A stretch of DNA of 64,000 nucleotides, taken from NCBI GenBank assembly GCA_030674475.1, contig JAUSCZ010000023.1, forward strand, positions 87,819 through 151,818, written 5' to 3'. Of the stretch, positions 39,910-50,199 are shown piece by piece. The translations under genes were made by a program, and so were the position numbers. The notes below the pieces were generated by a model, which saw only the letters and a program-made list of their open reading frames with translations, made no database searches and was not told where the DNA came from. The stretch is from Candidatus Omnitrophota bacterium. GTDB lineage: Bacteria > Omnitrophota > Gorgyraeia > Gygaellales > UBA12090. Positions within the stretch are counted from its first letter, which is position 1, and every line of letters starts with the position of its first letter.

Positions 39910-39942
39910 ATGTCCCGCTAATCTTTCTCCAGGAGGTGAAAA

Positions 39943-41904
39943 ATGGACTCAAGGGCGAAAAAAATGGAAACAGTTTCATCGGAAAATAGGCAATTCCCTC
40001 CGTCAGAGGCTTTCCGCCGGCAGGCCTATATTTCTTCAATGGCAGAGTACACCAAACTCTATAAAAAAAGTATTCGCGATCCCGAAGGTTATTGGGAATC
40101 CGTGGCCAAGGAACTTACCTGGTTTCAGAAATGGGATAAAGTCCTGGATGAGAGCGGCGCCCCTTTTTACAAATGGTTTGTCAACGGAAAAACAAATATT
40201 ACCTATAACTGCCTTGACCGCCATTTAGGAAGCGCGACGGGTAATAAGGCGGCGCTGATCTGGGAAGGGGAGACCGGGGAACAGCGCACGCTTACCTATA
40301 TCCAGCTCCACCGGCAGGTATGCCGGTTTGCCAATGCTTTAAAAAATATGGGTATTGGCCGCGGTGACCGGGTGGCTATTTACCTGCCTATGATTCCGGA
40401 GCTGGTTATCAGTATGCTGGCCTGCGCCAGGATAGGGGCGGTGCATTCGGTGATTTTCGCGGGATTTTCCGCGGACTCTATCCGTGACCGCGCGCTTGAT
40501 TGCGAGGCTAAGCTTATTATCACCGCTGATGGCGGATGGCGCCGGGGTAACATTTTACAGCTAAAAAATATTGTGGATGAAGCGATGCATGAGTGCGCCT
40601 GCGTTAAAAACATTATTGTAGTCAGGCGCTCTCCGGATAATTCTTTTCCCTGCCATATGAAAGAAGGGCGCGACCATTGGTATCATAGCATTATTGACGG
40701 TGTTTCTTCGGAGTGCGCGCCTCTGCCAATGGATAGCGAAGATATGCTTTTCCTTCTTTATACCAGCGGAACCACCGGCAAGCCCAAGGGAATTATCCAT
40801 ACCACCGGTGGATATATGGTGTATACCTACATTACTACCAAATATGTATTTGATTTAAAACCTCACGATGTTTATTGGTGCACTGCTGATATTGGGTGGG
40901 TTACCGGCCATAGCTATACGGTGTATGGGCCGCTGGCTAACGCCGCAACAGTGCTTATTTACGAAGGCGCGCCGAACTGGCCGGATAAAGGGCGCCTATG
41001 GAAAATGGTTGAGGAACATTCGGTAACCATATTCTATACCGCGCCGACCGCTATTCGCTCATTTATGAAATGGGGAGATGAATGGCCCAATAAATACAAT
41101 CTTTCCTCACTGCGCTTACTGGGGACAGTGGGAGAGTCAATTAACCCTGAGGCCTGGATGTGGTATCAACGCGCTATCGGTAAAGACCGATGTCCTATTG
41201 TGGATACCTGGTGGCAGACTGAAACCGGCGGGATTATGATTACTCCTTTACCCGGCTGCACATCTACCAAGCCGGGCAGCGCCACTCTGCCTTTTTTTGG
41301 GATAGAGGCGGCAGTTTTATCGGAAGAAGGTAAAGATGTTGAAGCCGGGATACTTGCTATCTGTAAGCCGTGGCCGGGAATGTTGCGGGGGATTTACGGT
41401 GATAATGAACGTTATAAGCAGGCCTATTGGTCAAAATGGCCGGGAAAATATTTTCCCGGGGACGGTGCCAAGAAAGACAAAGACGGTTATTATTGGATTT
41501 TGGGCCGGATAGACGATGTGGTTAATGTTGCCGGGCACAGGATAGGCACCGCGGAGCTGGAGAGCGTGTTTGTTGAGCATGAGACTGTCGCGGAAGCGGC
41601 AGTTATTAGTATTGACCATGAAATTAAGGGTCAGTGTTTGGTGGGTTTTATCAGTTTAAAAGAAAGCCGTCAAGCTGATGATAAACTGGCTGAGGAATTA
41701 AAAGAGTGGATTGGCAAAAAGATTGGACGATTCGCCATGCCGGAGAAAATTATTTTTGCCTCCGACCTTCCTAAAACCCGATCGGGAAAGATTATGCGAC
41801 GCCTCCTGCGTGATATCGCTAGCGGACGCGCGTTGGGTAATGTTGCTACTTTGGCCGACGCCAGTGTGGTTGAGCAATTAAAAAAGAAATACGAAGAGGA
41901 TTAG
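39943..41904 (+). CDS. acs: Acetyl-CoA synthetase (AMP-forming)
   Basis: [33 protein letters not shown]; AGGAGG SD. Confidence 0.97.
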   Translation: MDSRAKKMETVSSENRQFPPSEAFRRQAYISSMAEYTKLYKKSIRDPEGYWESVAKELTWFQKWDKVLDESGAPFYKWFVNGKTNITYNCLDRHLGSATGNKAALIWEGETGEQRTLTYIQLHRQVCRFANALKNMGIGRGDRVAIYLPMIPELVISMLACARIGAVHSVIFAGFSADSIRDRALDCEAKLIITADGGWRRGNILQLKNIVDEAMHECACVKNIIVVRRSPDNSFPCHMKEGRDHWYHSIIDGVSSECAPLPMDSEDMLFLLYTSGTTGKPKGIIHTTGGYMVYTYITTKYVFDLKPHDVYWCTADIGWVTGHSYTVYGPLANAATVLIYEGAPNWPDKGRLWKMVEEHSVTIFYTAPTAIRSFMKWGDEWPNKYNLSSLRLLGTVGESINPEAWMWYQRAIGKDRCPIVDTWWQTETGGIMITPLPGCTSTKPGSATLPFFGIEAAVLSEEGKDVEAGILAICKPWPGMLRGIYGDNERYKQAYWSKWPGKYFPGDGAKKDKDGYYWILGRIDDVVNVAGHRIGTAELESVFVEHETVAEAAVISIDHEIKGQCLVGFISLKESRQADDKLAEELKEWIGKKIGRFAMPEKIIFASDLPKTRSGKIMRRLLRDIASGRALGNVATLADASVVEQLKKKYEED

Positions 41905-41923
41905 AAAAAACATGGGAGCGGAT

Positions 41924-42052
41924 ATGATTAAGAAAACATTCAAGTTTATTATTGTGGGGATATTGTTGCTGTCTACTTCAGGCTGTGCCTTATTGGGTAT
42001 CGCGGCGAGCGCGGCGGCCAGCTATGGAATTTACCAGGCTACCAGGAAATAA
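41924..42052 (+). CDS. Small 42-aa lipoprotein (not in ORF track)
   Basis: GGAG SD; MIKKTFKFIIVGILLLSTSG-C lipobox followed by Ala/Gly-rich helix. Confidence 0.65.
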   Translation: MIKKTFKFIIVGILLLSTSGCALLGIAASAAASYGIYQATRK

Positions 42053-42246
42053 ACTCAGGCCCTGGACTTAAAACTTGGCAGACACCTTGGCGTTTTGGCT
42101 ATATTGAAAGCCAATGCCAAAGATATTAAATAAAAGGATTGGATTCCGCGAAGGGTTTATGCTAATATAGCGGAAGTTTAATTATAGGCTCTTGCCGGAG
42201 TTTTTAGAGAAGTTGGCAGGAGAGAGTATTACAAAAAGGAGGTAAG

Positions 42247-42417
42247 ATGGGATATCAAGATGGTGGTGGTGGTGGATTTAATAGGGGGCCGCGGGAAATG
42301 CACAAAGCGGTTTGCGATGATTGCAAAAAAGAGTGCGAAGTTCCTTTCAAGCCCAGCGGAGGCCGTCCGATTTACTGTAAGGATTGTTTCTCTAAGCGCA
42401 AAGACAGCGGTCGTTAA
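42247..42417 (+). CDS. CxxC-x17-CxxC zinc-ribbon protein, 56 aa (not in ORF track)
   Basis: AAGGAGG SD; REMHKAVCDDCKKECEVPFKPSGGRPIYCKDCF. Confidence 0.9.
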   Translation: MGYQDGGGGGFNRGPREMHKAVCDDCKKECEVPFKPSGGRPIYCKDCFSKRKDSGR

Positions 42418-42435
42418 GAAGGCCATAAAGGAAAC

Positions 42436-42480
42436 AAAAGGGACGGTTCTATTTTTTAAAGAATAGAATCGTCCCTTTTG
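42436..42480. terminator. Long hairpin, probable intrinsic terminator
   Basis: aaaagggacggttctatt...aatagaatcgtccctttt. Confidence 0.7.
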
Positions 42481-42491
42481 TTCAAATATCG

Positions 42492-42520
42492 TTGCCTGGC
42501 ATTATTTCTTGTGATAAGAT
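42492..42520 (+). promoter_or_regulatory. Sigma70-type promoter for korA; probably leaderless
   Basis: TTGCCT, 17 bp, TAAGAT with extended TG; ATG 7 nt downstream and no SD. Confidence 0.55.
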
Positions 42521-42527
42521 AAGGCTT

Positions 42528-44252
42528 ATGAACGTGGATATTACCATAAAAATAGCCGGGGAGGCCGGCCAGGGCTTGCAGACTATTGGCCGGCTTCTGG
42601 CTAAGGCGTTTTCCCGGGGAGGCTGGCATGTATTTGCCAATCAGGTTTTGCAATCAAGAATCCGGGGCGGGCACAATTGGTTTCAAGTCCGAGTCTCGGA
42701 TATTAAAATTTTGGCCCCCGCGGAGGTTACTGATATTCTGATTGCCCTGGATAATGAAAGTGTTTATCATACCCGAGAGCTTAGTGAAAATTCGATTACC
42801 ATCTTTGATTCTTCCCTGATTAAATATAATTCCGAAAAGGGATTAATTTTGGATATTCCCTTTGAAAAGACCGCCAAAGAAAGCGGGGGAAATAAGCTGA
42901 TAAGTAATACCGTGGCCCTGGGAGCGGTGTTAGGCCTTCTGGAATACGATATAAATATTTTATTTGGCCTGCTTAAGGAAAGCTTTCAAGAAAAGGATCA
43001 AGGGATTGTTCAGGCTAATATTCAGGCGGCCCAGGCCGGATACAATCTCGCCTACCAAAAGATTAAAGCAAATAAGCTTCCCCGTTTAAACAGGACAAAC
43101 GGCCATCCGAGGATGCTGATTAATGGAAGCGAGACCATAGCTTTAGGGGCCTTGGCCGCCGGATGTAAATTTATCTCAGCTTATCCGATGAGCCCTTCCA
43201 CCGGCATAATGACCTATCTTGCTTCCCAGGCGGAGGAGTTTAAGGTATTAGTGGAGCAGTCCGAGGATGAGATTGCTTCCATAAATCTGGCCTTAGGGGC
43301 TTCTTATGCCGGGGTCCGGGCCATGACCGCTACCAGCGGCGGAGGTTTCGCCCTGATGGTTGAGGGCCTCAGCTTAGCCGGGATGACTGAAACCCCAATA
43401 GTTATTGTGGATGCCCAAAGGCCGGGCCCGGCCACCGGTCTGCCTACCCGGACCGCCCAGGAGGATTTGGAGTATGTAATTTATGCCGGTCACGGTGAAT
43501 CTCCCCGGGCGGTATTGGCTCCTCTAAGCATAGAAGATGCCTTTTATCTGACGGTAAAGGCCTTTAACCTGGCGGATAAATACCAGATACCGGTAATAAT
43601 TTTGAGCGACCAATTATTAGCTGATTCCTATTTAACCGTGGATAGTTTTGATGTTGAAAGCCTAAAGATTGAAAGGCATATCTTAAGCGATGAGGAGTTA
43701 AAGAATATAAAAAACTACAAAAGATACCAAATTACCGATTCGGGAATTTCTCCCCGGGCCTTGCCGGGAAATCCTTACGGCCTGGTGGTGGCGGATAGTG
43801 ATGAACACGATGAAGAGGGCCATATTACCGAGGATGTGGATTATATACGCCCGGAGATGGTCAAGAAAAGAAATCGTAAGACAGCCGGTTTATTGAAAGA
43901 GATGTCCGCGCCGATACAATACGGCCCCCCGGAGGCCAAAAACATAATCATCGGTTGGGGTTCAAGTTACGGCGCGCTTAAAGAAGCGGTGGATATCCTG
44001 AATTCGGAAAAAGAAAAGGTGAGCTTAGCGCATTTTAACCAGGTCTGGCCTTTAAATAAAGAATATTTTGACTTTCTGAATACGGCGGAATTCGTCTGCG
44101 TTGCGGAAAATAATTTCCGCGGGCAATTCGCCCATTTGATTGCCGGGGAAACCGGAAAGGTAATCAAAAACAGGATAAATAAATTTAACGGCTTGCCTTT
44201 TTCGGCGGCAGAGATAGTCCGGGAATATAAGAGGCTAAAAAATAGTTTATAG
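42528..44252 (+). CDS. korA: 2-oxoacid:ferredoxin oxidoreductase subunit alpha (gamma-alpha fusion)
   Basis: GEAGQG, SRIRGGHN, YPMSPS, EDEIA, TATSGGGFALM, QRPGPATGLPT; substrate not determined. Confidence 0.9.
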   Translation: MNVDITIKIAGEAGQGLQTIGRLLAKAFSRGGWHVFANQVLQSRIRGGHNWFQVRVSDIKILAPAEVTDILIALDNESVYHTRELSENSITIFDSSLIKYNSEKGLILDIPFEKTAKESGGNKLISNTVALGAVLGLLEYDINILFGLLKESFQEKDQGIVQANIQAAQAGYNLAYQKIKANKLPRLNRTNGHPRMLINGSETIALGALAAGCKFISAYPMSPSTGIMTYLASQAEEFKVLVEQSEDEIASINLALGASYAGVRAMTATSGGGFALMVEGLSLAGMTETPIVIVDAQRPGPATGLPTRTAQEDLEYVIYAGHGESPRAVLAPLSIEDAFYLTVKAFNLADKYQIPVIILSDQLLADSYLTVDSFDVESLKIERHILSDEELKNIKNYKRYQITDSGISPRALPGNPYGLVVADSDEHDEEGHITEDVDYIRPEMVKKRNRKTAGLLKEMSAPIQYGPPEAKNIIIGWGSSYGALKEAVDILNSEKEKVSLAHFNQVWPLNKEYFDFLNTAEFVCVAENNFRGQFAHLIAGETGKVIKNRINKFNGLPFSAAEIVREYKRLKNSL

Positions 44253-44329
44253 TTTATAGTTGATAGTTTATAGTTAATAGCAAATATAGCTAAAACCCTA
44301 AACCCTAAACCCTAAACCCTAAACTAAAT
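44242..44329. repeat. Bipartite heptamer-repeat element (ATAGTTT)n...(AAACCCT)n
   Basis: Tandem 7-mers on two roughly complementary arms; supplies the korA stop codon and abuts the korB start. Confidence 0.8.
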
Positions 44330-45184
44330 ATGATGGTTGATTTGAACAGTTTTGGAAAATTTGAAACGGCCTGGTGTCCGGGATGCGGAGACTTCGGGAT
44401 TCTGGGGGCGCTCAAAGACGCCTTGGTTAAGCTTGACCTTGAGCCGCATAAAATGGTCCTGGTTTCCGGCATAGGCCAGGCGGCGAAATTGCCCCATTAT
44501 CTTTATAGTAATGTTTTTAACGGCCTGCACGGCCGGGCCATTCCGGCGGCCACCGGCATCAAGATGGCCAACAATAAATTGACGGTGTTAGTTACCTCCG
44601 GTGACGGGGATATCTATGGCGAAGGCGGTAATCATCTTATCCACGCTATCCGCCGGAATATAGATATAACCGTGATAGTGCATAATAATCAGGTGTATGC
44701 CCTCACCCTGGGCCAGGCTTCTCCCACCAGTGACTTAGGCTATGTAACCAGGGTCCAGCCGCGCGGGGTGATTGATGAGCCGATTCATCCTCTGGCTATG
44801 GCCATAGCTTTGGGCGCAGGTTTCGCGGCCAGGAGTTTTGCCGGGGACAAGGAGCATCTTTCTTTGATGATTCAGGAGGGGGTAAAATACCGGGGTTTGG
44901 CCATTATTGATGTCTTGCAGTGGTGCGTTACCTTTAATAAAAAAAATAATTTTGCCTGGTATAAAAAACGGGTTTATAAATTAGGGCCGGAGTATGATTC
45001 TTCTGATAAAACTAAGGCCTTAGAAAAATCCCTGGAATGGGGAGATAAAATTCCCCTGGGAATAATCTATAAGAACGGCCGACCCAGTTTTGAAGAGGCC
45101 TACGGCCTGCCGAAAGACAAGGCCCTGGTAGATGAGGAAATTGAGCCGGCCAAAGTAAATTCAATCTTAAAGGAATTTATTTAG
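44330..45184 (+). CDS. korB: 2-oxoacid:ferredoxin oxidoreductase subunit beta
   Basis: WCPGCG, SGIGQ, LHGR, SGDGD..GEGGNH TPP motif, NNQVYALT.GQ.SPT. Confidence 0.92.
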   Translation: MMVDLNSFGKFETAWCPGCGDFGILGALKDALVKLDLEPHKMVLVSGIGQAAKLPHYLYSNVFNGLHGRAIPAATGIKMANNKLTVLVTSGDGDIYGEGGNHLIHAIRRNIDITVIVHNNQVYALTLGQASPTSDLGYVTRVQPRGVIDEPIHPLAMAIALGAGFAARSFAGDKEHLSLMIQEGVKYRGLAIIDVLQWCVTFNKKNNFAWYKKRVYKLGPEYDSSDKTKALEKSLEWGDKIPLGIIYKNGRPSFEEAYGLPKDKALVDEEIEPAKVNSILKEFI

Positions 45185-45192
45185 AGATAAAG

Positions 45193-47061
45193 ATGATTGA
45201 TTATCGGAATTTTTTATCCAGCCTTTCTAAAAAGCAGTGGGAAAGGATTGGTTTACAGCGGCGCTCCGGGGTAGTCGCGCCTTTGTTTTCCCTTTATTCG
45301 CAATACAGCTCCGGAATAGGGGAATTGACGGATTTAATCTTTTTGATTGATTGGTGTAAGGCTTGCGGGATGAGTATTATCCAATTACTTCCGATGAATG
45401 ATGTGGGTTTTGACTTCCGGCCTTACGATGCCCAGAGCACTTTTGCCCTGGAGCCGATGTATCTGTCTTTGCGGGGGCTAAAGGCAGTCAAGATGTCTGC
45501 TTTTAAGGCTAAGCTGGATAAGCTCAGTGAGAAGTTTCCGGCCGGGGGAGAGCGGGTGGATTATGGAATAAAACAGGCTAAGCTAGAGCTTCTCTGGGGA
45601 GTCTTCGAGAATCACCGGGATTTGACTGACTCCGGCGGCGTTAAAGATTTCAACCGTTATTTAGAGGAGAATAAATTTTGGCTCGCGGATTATGCCTTAT
45701 TCAAGGTAATTAAGGAAAAGAATAATCAGTCCGGATGGGAAGCCTGGGAAGATAAGCTGAAATATCGGGATCAAAAGGCCCTTGAATTATTTGAGCAAGA
45801 TAATTTAGAAAGGATAAGTTTTCACAAATGGCTGCAGTGGCAGTTATATGAGCAGTTTAGGGTGATCAAGAAATATGCCCAAGGCCGGCAGGTTTTCATA
45901 ATGGGAGATTTGCCGTTTTTGGTTTCCCGGGACAGCGCTGATGTCTGGGCCAAGCAGGATTATTTTAAGTTGCATCTTTGCTCCGGAGCGCCCCCGGATA
46001 TGTATTTTGCTCACGGCCAGCGCTGGGGGATGCCGGTGTATAATTGGCCGGCGATTGAGAAGAATGATTACGATTACCTGAAAGAAAAATTAAAATATGC
46101 CCAGAATTTCTACGATTTTTTTCGGATAGACCATGTGGTGGGAATATTCCGGGTCTGGACTATACCTTTAGATGAGCCTCAGGAAACCGGCGGCCTAAAT
46201 GGCACCTTTGACCCGGCTGATGAAAGCGTATGGGAGGAACACGGCCGCAAGATCCTTACGGTGATGGTGGAAAATACCACTATGCTGCCTTGCGCCGAGG
46301 ACTTAGGGGTAATACCACCTTGTTCTAATAAAGTTTTGTATGAACTGGGCATCCCCGGCATAGAGGTCCAGCGCTGGTCTAAGGATTGGGGCCGGACCTA
46401 TAATTTTAAGGCCCCGGGTGATTACCGGATAAATTCGGTGGCTACGGTTTCAACTCACGACAGCAGTTCGCTGTGCGCCTGGTGGCAGTTTGAGGCCGGG
46501 ACTATTGATGAACAGCTTTTTAAGAGAAAGTGCAAAAAATGGGGAGTGAACTTTGAGGAGTTAAGGAATGAACTTTTTGATTTAAAGCAATCAACGCATA
46601 ACCGTCTGCGCTGGAAAGAGAGCGTCCAAAACCCGGATGTCCTGCTTGAGAAATTGAAATTACCCCGGGATAGGGCCGGAGAATTTATCAATTTGTACTT
46701 AGAATCCCACGGAGAAAAAGGCAAGTTCTTAAATTATTTGGAGCCACAGGCGAAGCAGAAGGCAGGTCCTTCCGAGCCCGCTCGCATAGCTATGGAGAAG
46801 GCCTGTCTTTCTGACCTTATCCGTATGGCTATGGAGAAGGCCAGTAACACCGCTTCTATTTTCAGTATTCAGCTTCTCCATGATTGGATTTCCATAGACT
46901 GCCTGAATGAATGCGACCTTTGGGAATTCCGGATTAATTTTCCCGGAACCGTCAGCCCTAAGAATTGGTCATTAGTTATGCCTTTGTCTTTAGAGGATAT
47001 GCTGGCTTTACCGATGAATACTATTATCAAAAATATTAATTCCAAAGCCGAAAGGATATAA
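45193..47061 (+). CDS. malQ: 4-alpha-glucanotransferase (GH77)
   Basis: IIQLLPMND, GDLPF..SRDSADVW, GAPPD, QRWGMP, RIDH..G.FR, AEDLG, STHD. Confidence 0.93.
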   Translation: MIDYRNFLSSLSKKQWERIGLQRRSGVVAPLFSLYSQYSSGIGELTDLIFLIDWCKACGMSIIQLLPMNDVGFDFRPYDAQSTFALEPMYLSLRGLKAVKMSAFKAKLDKLSEKFPAGGERVDYGIKQAKLELLWGVFENHRDLTDSGGVKDFNRYLEENKFWLADYALFKVIKEKNNQSGWEAWEDKLKYRDQKALELFEQDNLERISFHKWLQWQLYEQFRVIKKYAQGRQVFIMGDLPFLVSRDSADVWAKQDYFKLHLCSGAPPDMYFAHGQRWGMPVYNWPAIEKNDYDYLKEKLKYAQNFYDFFRIDHVVGIFRVWTIPLDEPQETGGLNGTFDPADESVWEEHGRKILTVMVENTTMLPCAEDLGVIPPCSNKVLYELGIPGIEVQRWSKDWGRTYNFKAPGDYRINSVATVSTHDSSSLCAWWQFEAGTIDEQLFKRKCKKWGVNFEELRNELFDLKQSTHNRLRWKESVQNPDVLLEKLKLPRDRAGEFINLYLESHGEKGKFLNYLEPQAKQKAGPSEPARIAMEKACLSDLIRMAMEKASNTASIFSIQLLHDWISIDCLNECDLWEFRINFPGTVSPKNWSLVMPLSLEDMLALPMNTIIKNINSKAERI

Positions 47062-47063
47062 GT

Positions 47064-47366
47064 ATGTTTATTTTTTCTAACTTTTTAATGGCTATTGCCC
47101 ATATCTTAGAAATTGCTTTGACTATTTTCTATTGGCTAATACTCATCCGGGCTCTGATCAGCTGGGTGAGCCCTGACCCTTATAATCCGGTAGTACAGTT
47201 TCTGGAGAAAGCTACCGAATGGGTGCTCTCGCCGATAAGGAGGATGCTCCCCCATAACCTTAGAATGGGAATTGACCTCTCGCCCCTGATTGCTTTCTTC
47301 GCGATCATGTTCTTAAAGTCGTTTTTGGTCAAGACCTTAGCGGATATAGCGTTAAGAATGAGATAG
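47064..47366 (+). CDS. yggT: YggT family membrane protein
   Basis: ISWVSPDPYNP....TE..L.PIRR......IDLSP. Confidence 0.9.
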   Translation: MFIFSNFLMAIAHILEIALTIFYWLILIRALISWVSPDPYNPVVQFLEKATEWVLSPIRRMLPHNLRMGIDLSPLIAFFAIMFLKSFLVKTLADIALRMR

Positions 47367-47368
47367 GG

Positions 47369-48112
47369 ATGTTTAATAAAATATTCAAAGCGGACACCCG
47401 TTGGTATGCCGCGGCCTTTATTGTTATCCTTCTGGTATCGGCAAAGTTTTATCAGCCTAAGGATATAGGCTATGTATTTTCAATCTGTGTTTCAAGCTGT
47501 ATTTTAGATTTTATCATACTGTGTTTAATCAACCGCAGGCCTTCTTTTCCCTTGAGCGCCCTGGTAAGCGGCTTAATAATCTCCGGGGTATTGGCCCCCG
47601 GCAGTTTTTCTTATGTGGCGGCGCTGGCGGCTATTTTTTCTAAACATATAATCAGGATTTCCGGAAGGCATATCTTTAATCCGGCTGGGTTCGGACTTTT
47701 TATTGCCAACGTTTTTTTAGGCCTGCCGCTTATCTGGACAGTATACGTGAATCCCTGGTTAGCGGTTCTATTCGGCCTGTTCCTGGCTTATAGGGTTAGA
47801 AAGCTAAGTTTAGTTCTTAGTTTCACCTTAAGCCTTTTTTTGTTATCCTTAGCGTATAGCCTGATTACGCGTCAGGGAGCATGGGCTAATGCCGGGCTTC
47901 TGAATTATTTCTTTATTTTCTTTATGCTCATTGAACCTAAGACCTCCCCGGTTTATTTAAGAAGCAAGATTATCTATGGTATAATAGTTAGCGTTTTGGT
48001 TATTCTGTGTTTTGCCTTTTTGCCCAAATATGACTTTTTGGTCTTGGGTTTGTTGTCGGGAAATATGCTACATGCCCTGTTGCGGCGAAAGACAGCTTTA
48101 AACTGGAGGTGA
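47369..48112 (+). CDS. RnfD/NqrB-like membrane protein
   Basis: SKH......HIFNPA and FFMLIEPKTSP motifs; multi-TM. Confidence 0.75.
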   Translation: MFNKIFKADTRWYAAAFIVILLVSAKFYQPKDIGYVFSICVSSCILDFIILCLINRRPSFPLSALVSGLIISGVLAPGSFSYVAALAAIFSKHIIRISGRHIFNPAGFGLFIANVFLGLPLIWTVYVNPWLAVLFGLFLAYRVRKLSLVLSFTLSLFLLSLAYSLITRQGAWANAGLLNYFFIFFMLIEPKTSPVYLRSKIIYGIIVSVLVILCFAFLPKYDFLVLGLLSGNMLHALLRRKTALNWR

Positions 48113-48115
48113 AAT

Positions 48116-48226
48116 ATGGTTACAGTTATAGTGGTATTAGTCGTGGTTTTGATTATCGCGGCCTTCTTGCTCAAGAATAAAGGCGGTGGATGCGGCTGTG
48201 GAAGCACTCCTGAGAAAAAAGCTTGA
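48116..48226 (+). CDS. Small Cys-rich membrane peptide (FeoB-associated-like), 36 aa (not in ORF track)
   Basis: GGAGG SD; single TM followed by KNKGGGCGCG; overlaps the 5' end of larE. Confidence 0.65.
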   Translation: MVTVIVVLVVVLIIAAFLLKNKGGGCGCGSTPEKKA

Positions 48227-49034
48227 GAAATTAAAAGAGGCCCTCTTATCCTATAAGAAGGTGGTTATTGCTTATTCCGGCGGGGTTGATTCCAGCTTCT
48301 TGCTTAAATGCTGTGTTGATTTTTTAGGTCCAGACCAGACTATCGCGGTAACCGCGGTTTCGCCTACCTATACCCGAAAAGAACTGCAAACCGCCCAGGA
48401 AATTGCCCAAGGGTTAGGGGTTATTCACAAAATTATTCACACCTCGGAAGTAGATGACCCAAATTTCAAGGCCAATCCCCAGAACCGCTGTTACTATTGT
48501 AAGAGCGAACTATTTTCCCTGTTGCAGTCATTAGCCAAAAAAGAGAAGGTGAGCTTTGTCCTGGACGGCACCAATGCCGATGACCTGAAAGACTATCGTC
48601 CGGGAAGCCTGGCTAAGAATGAGTTGGGAGTAAAATCGCCATTGGCTGAGGCGAATTTTACCAAAGAAGAAATCCGTGCTGCCTCTAAGGAATTGGGATT
48701 AGCAACCTGGGACGCGCCCCAGATGTCCTGTCTGGCCTCGCGTTTTGCCTACGGCCAGGAAATAAGATTAGAGGATTTAAGCCGGATTGAAAAAGCGGAA
48801 AATTACATCCGCGCCTTAGGCTTTAAGATGGTGCGCCTGCGGCATTATAAGCTCGCGGATGAAACCCTTTTGGCCCGCCTGGAGGTGGAGGGGGAAGATG
48901 TAGAGAAGGTTGCAAGTTACAAGTTGCAAGTTACAAATAAATTGAAAGAATTGGGATATAATTATATCACGCTGGATTTGGAAGGATATCGAACAGGAAG
49001 CATGAATGAGGGAATAACCGGAGGTAAGATATAA
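48186..49034 (+). CDS. larE: LarE-family ATP-dependent sulfur transferase
   Basis: SGGVDS PP-loop, RCYYCK, DGTNADD..DYRPG, SCLASR, GYRTGSMN; start uncertain. Confidence 0.9.
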   Translation: MDAAVEALLRKKLEKLKEALLSYKKVVIAYSGGVDSSFLLKCCVDFLGPDQTIAVTAVSPTYTRKELQTAQEIAQGLGVIHKIIHTSEVDDPNFKANPQNRCYYCKSELFSLLQSLAKKEKVSFVLDGTNADDLKDYRPGSLAKNELGVKSPLAEANFTKEEIRAASKELGLATWDAPQMSCLASRFAYGQEIRLEDLSRIEKAENYIRALGFKMVRLRHYKLADETLLARLEVEGEDVEKVASYKLQVTNKLKELGYNYITLDLEGYRTGSMNEGITGGKI

Positions 49035-49035
49035 A

Positions 49036-50199
49036 ATGGAACGGATATATTTAGATTACGCGGCTACTACGCCTTGCGACGCGCGGGTAGTGGAGGCAAT
49101 GCAGCCGTATTTTAGCGAGAAGTTCGGCAATCCCTCAAGCATACATTCTTTTGGTCAGGAGGCCAAGAAGGGTTTGGAGGATAGCCGTCAGGTTTTAGCG
49201 GATTTTTTGGGGGCAAAGCCTGAAGAGATTGTTTTTACCTCTGGTGGCACTGAGTCTAATAATTTTGCAATTTTTGGCATTGCCGCGGCGCAAGAGAAAA
49301 AAGGTAATCATATTATTACCAGCGTGATTGAACATCACGCGGTGAGCGAGCCGTGCAAAGTTTTAGAGAAGAAAGGCTATGCTACAACTTATGTGAAAGT
49401 GGATAAAGAGGGCATAATTGATCCGGCCGAGGTTAAAAAAGCGATTACCGATAAAACGGTCTTGATCTCCATAATGCAGGCTAATAATGAAATTGGGACC
49501 ATTCAGCCCATAGCGGAAATCGGTAAAATTGCCAAAGAAAAAGGGATTACCTTTCATACCGACGCGGTGCAAAGCGTAGGCCATATCCCGGTCAATGTCA
49601 ATGAGTTGAGTGTGGATTTATTAAGCCTTTCGGCGCATAAGTTTTACGGGCCCAAAGGGGTCGGGGCGTTGTATATCCGTAAGGGCATCCGGATAAACCG
49701 TCTTTTGCATGGTGGAGACCAGGAAAAAGGCCGCCGGGCCTCAACCTCTAATGTCAGCGGTATTGTGGGCATGGCCAAGGCCATTGAATTATGTAAAGAA
49801 AAGTTAAATGAGGAAGTCAAATTTCAGTCTGATTTACGCGATACCCTGATTAAAGGTTTAACGGCTAAGATTGAGAGAATTTATCTTAATGGCCATTCTA
49901 AATTGAGACTGCCTAACAATGTAAATATATCTTTTGAGTATATTGAAGGCGAGTCAATGCTTTTGAATCTGGATATGTTAGGGATTGCCGCTTCCACCGG
50001 CTCAGCCTGCACCTCCAGTTTTTTAGAGCCTTCCCATGTCCTGCTGGCTATTGGCCGTCCGCATGATCTAGCCCATGGCTCATTAAGGTTTTCTTTAGGC
50101 CGCTGGACTAAAAAAAGCGATATTGATTACCTTATTGAGGTTCTTCCGGGAATAGTGGATAAATTGCGCCAGATGTCGCCTCTATATGAAAAAAAATAA
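49036..50199 (+). CDS. iscS: Cysteine desulfurase (NifS/IscS)
   Basis: YLDYAATT, FTSGGTES, HTDAVQ, SAHKFYGPKG, STGSACTS. Confidence 0.93.
   Translation: MERIYLDYAATTPCDARVVEAMQPYFSEKFGNPSSIHSFGQEAKKGLEDSRQVLADFLGAKPEEIVFTSGGTESNNFAIFGIAAAQEKKGNHIITSVIEHHAVSEPCKVLEKKGYATTYVKVDKEGIIDPAEVKKAITDKTVLISIMQANNEIGTIQPIAEIGKIAKEKGITFHTDAVQSVGHIPVNVNELSVDLLSLSAHKFYGPKGVGALYIRKGIRINRLLHGGDQEKGRRASTSNVSGIVGMAKAIELCKEKLNEEVKFQSDLRDTLIKGLTAKIERIYLNGHSKLRLPNNVNISFEYIEGESMLLNLDMLGIAASTGSACTSSFLEPSHVLLAIGRPHDLAHGSLRFSLGRWTKKSDIDYLIEVLPGIVDKLRQMSPLYEKK

Noticed and set aside
36900-39930. Integron cassette array
   Set aside because: No intI and no convincing attC sites; the ORFs overlap each other directly.
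42229-42466. ORF-track calls 42229-42426 (-) and 42260-42466 (+)
   Set aside because: The real gene is the zinc-ribbon ORF 42247-42417 in another frame, with a strong SD.
44293-44324. (CCCTAAA)4 identical to the plant telomere repeat
   Set aside because: It is one arm of a local heptamer hairpin family inside a bacterial operon; the match is coincidental.
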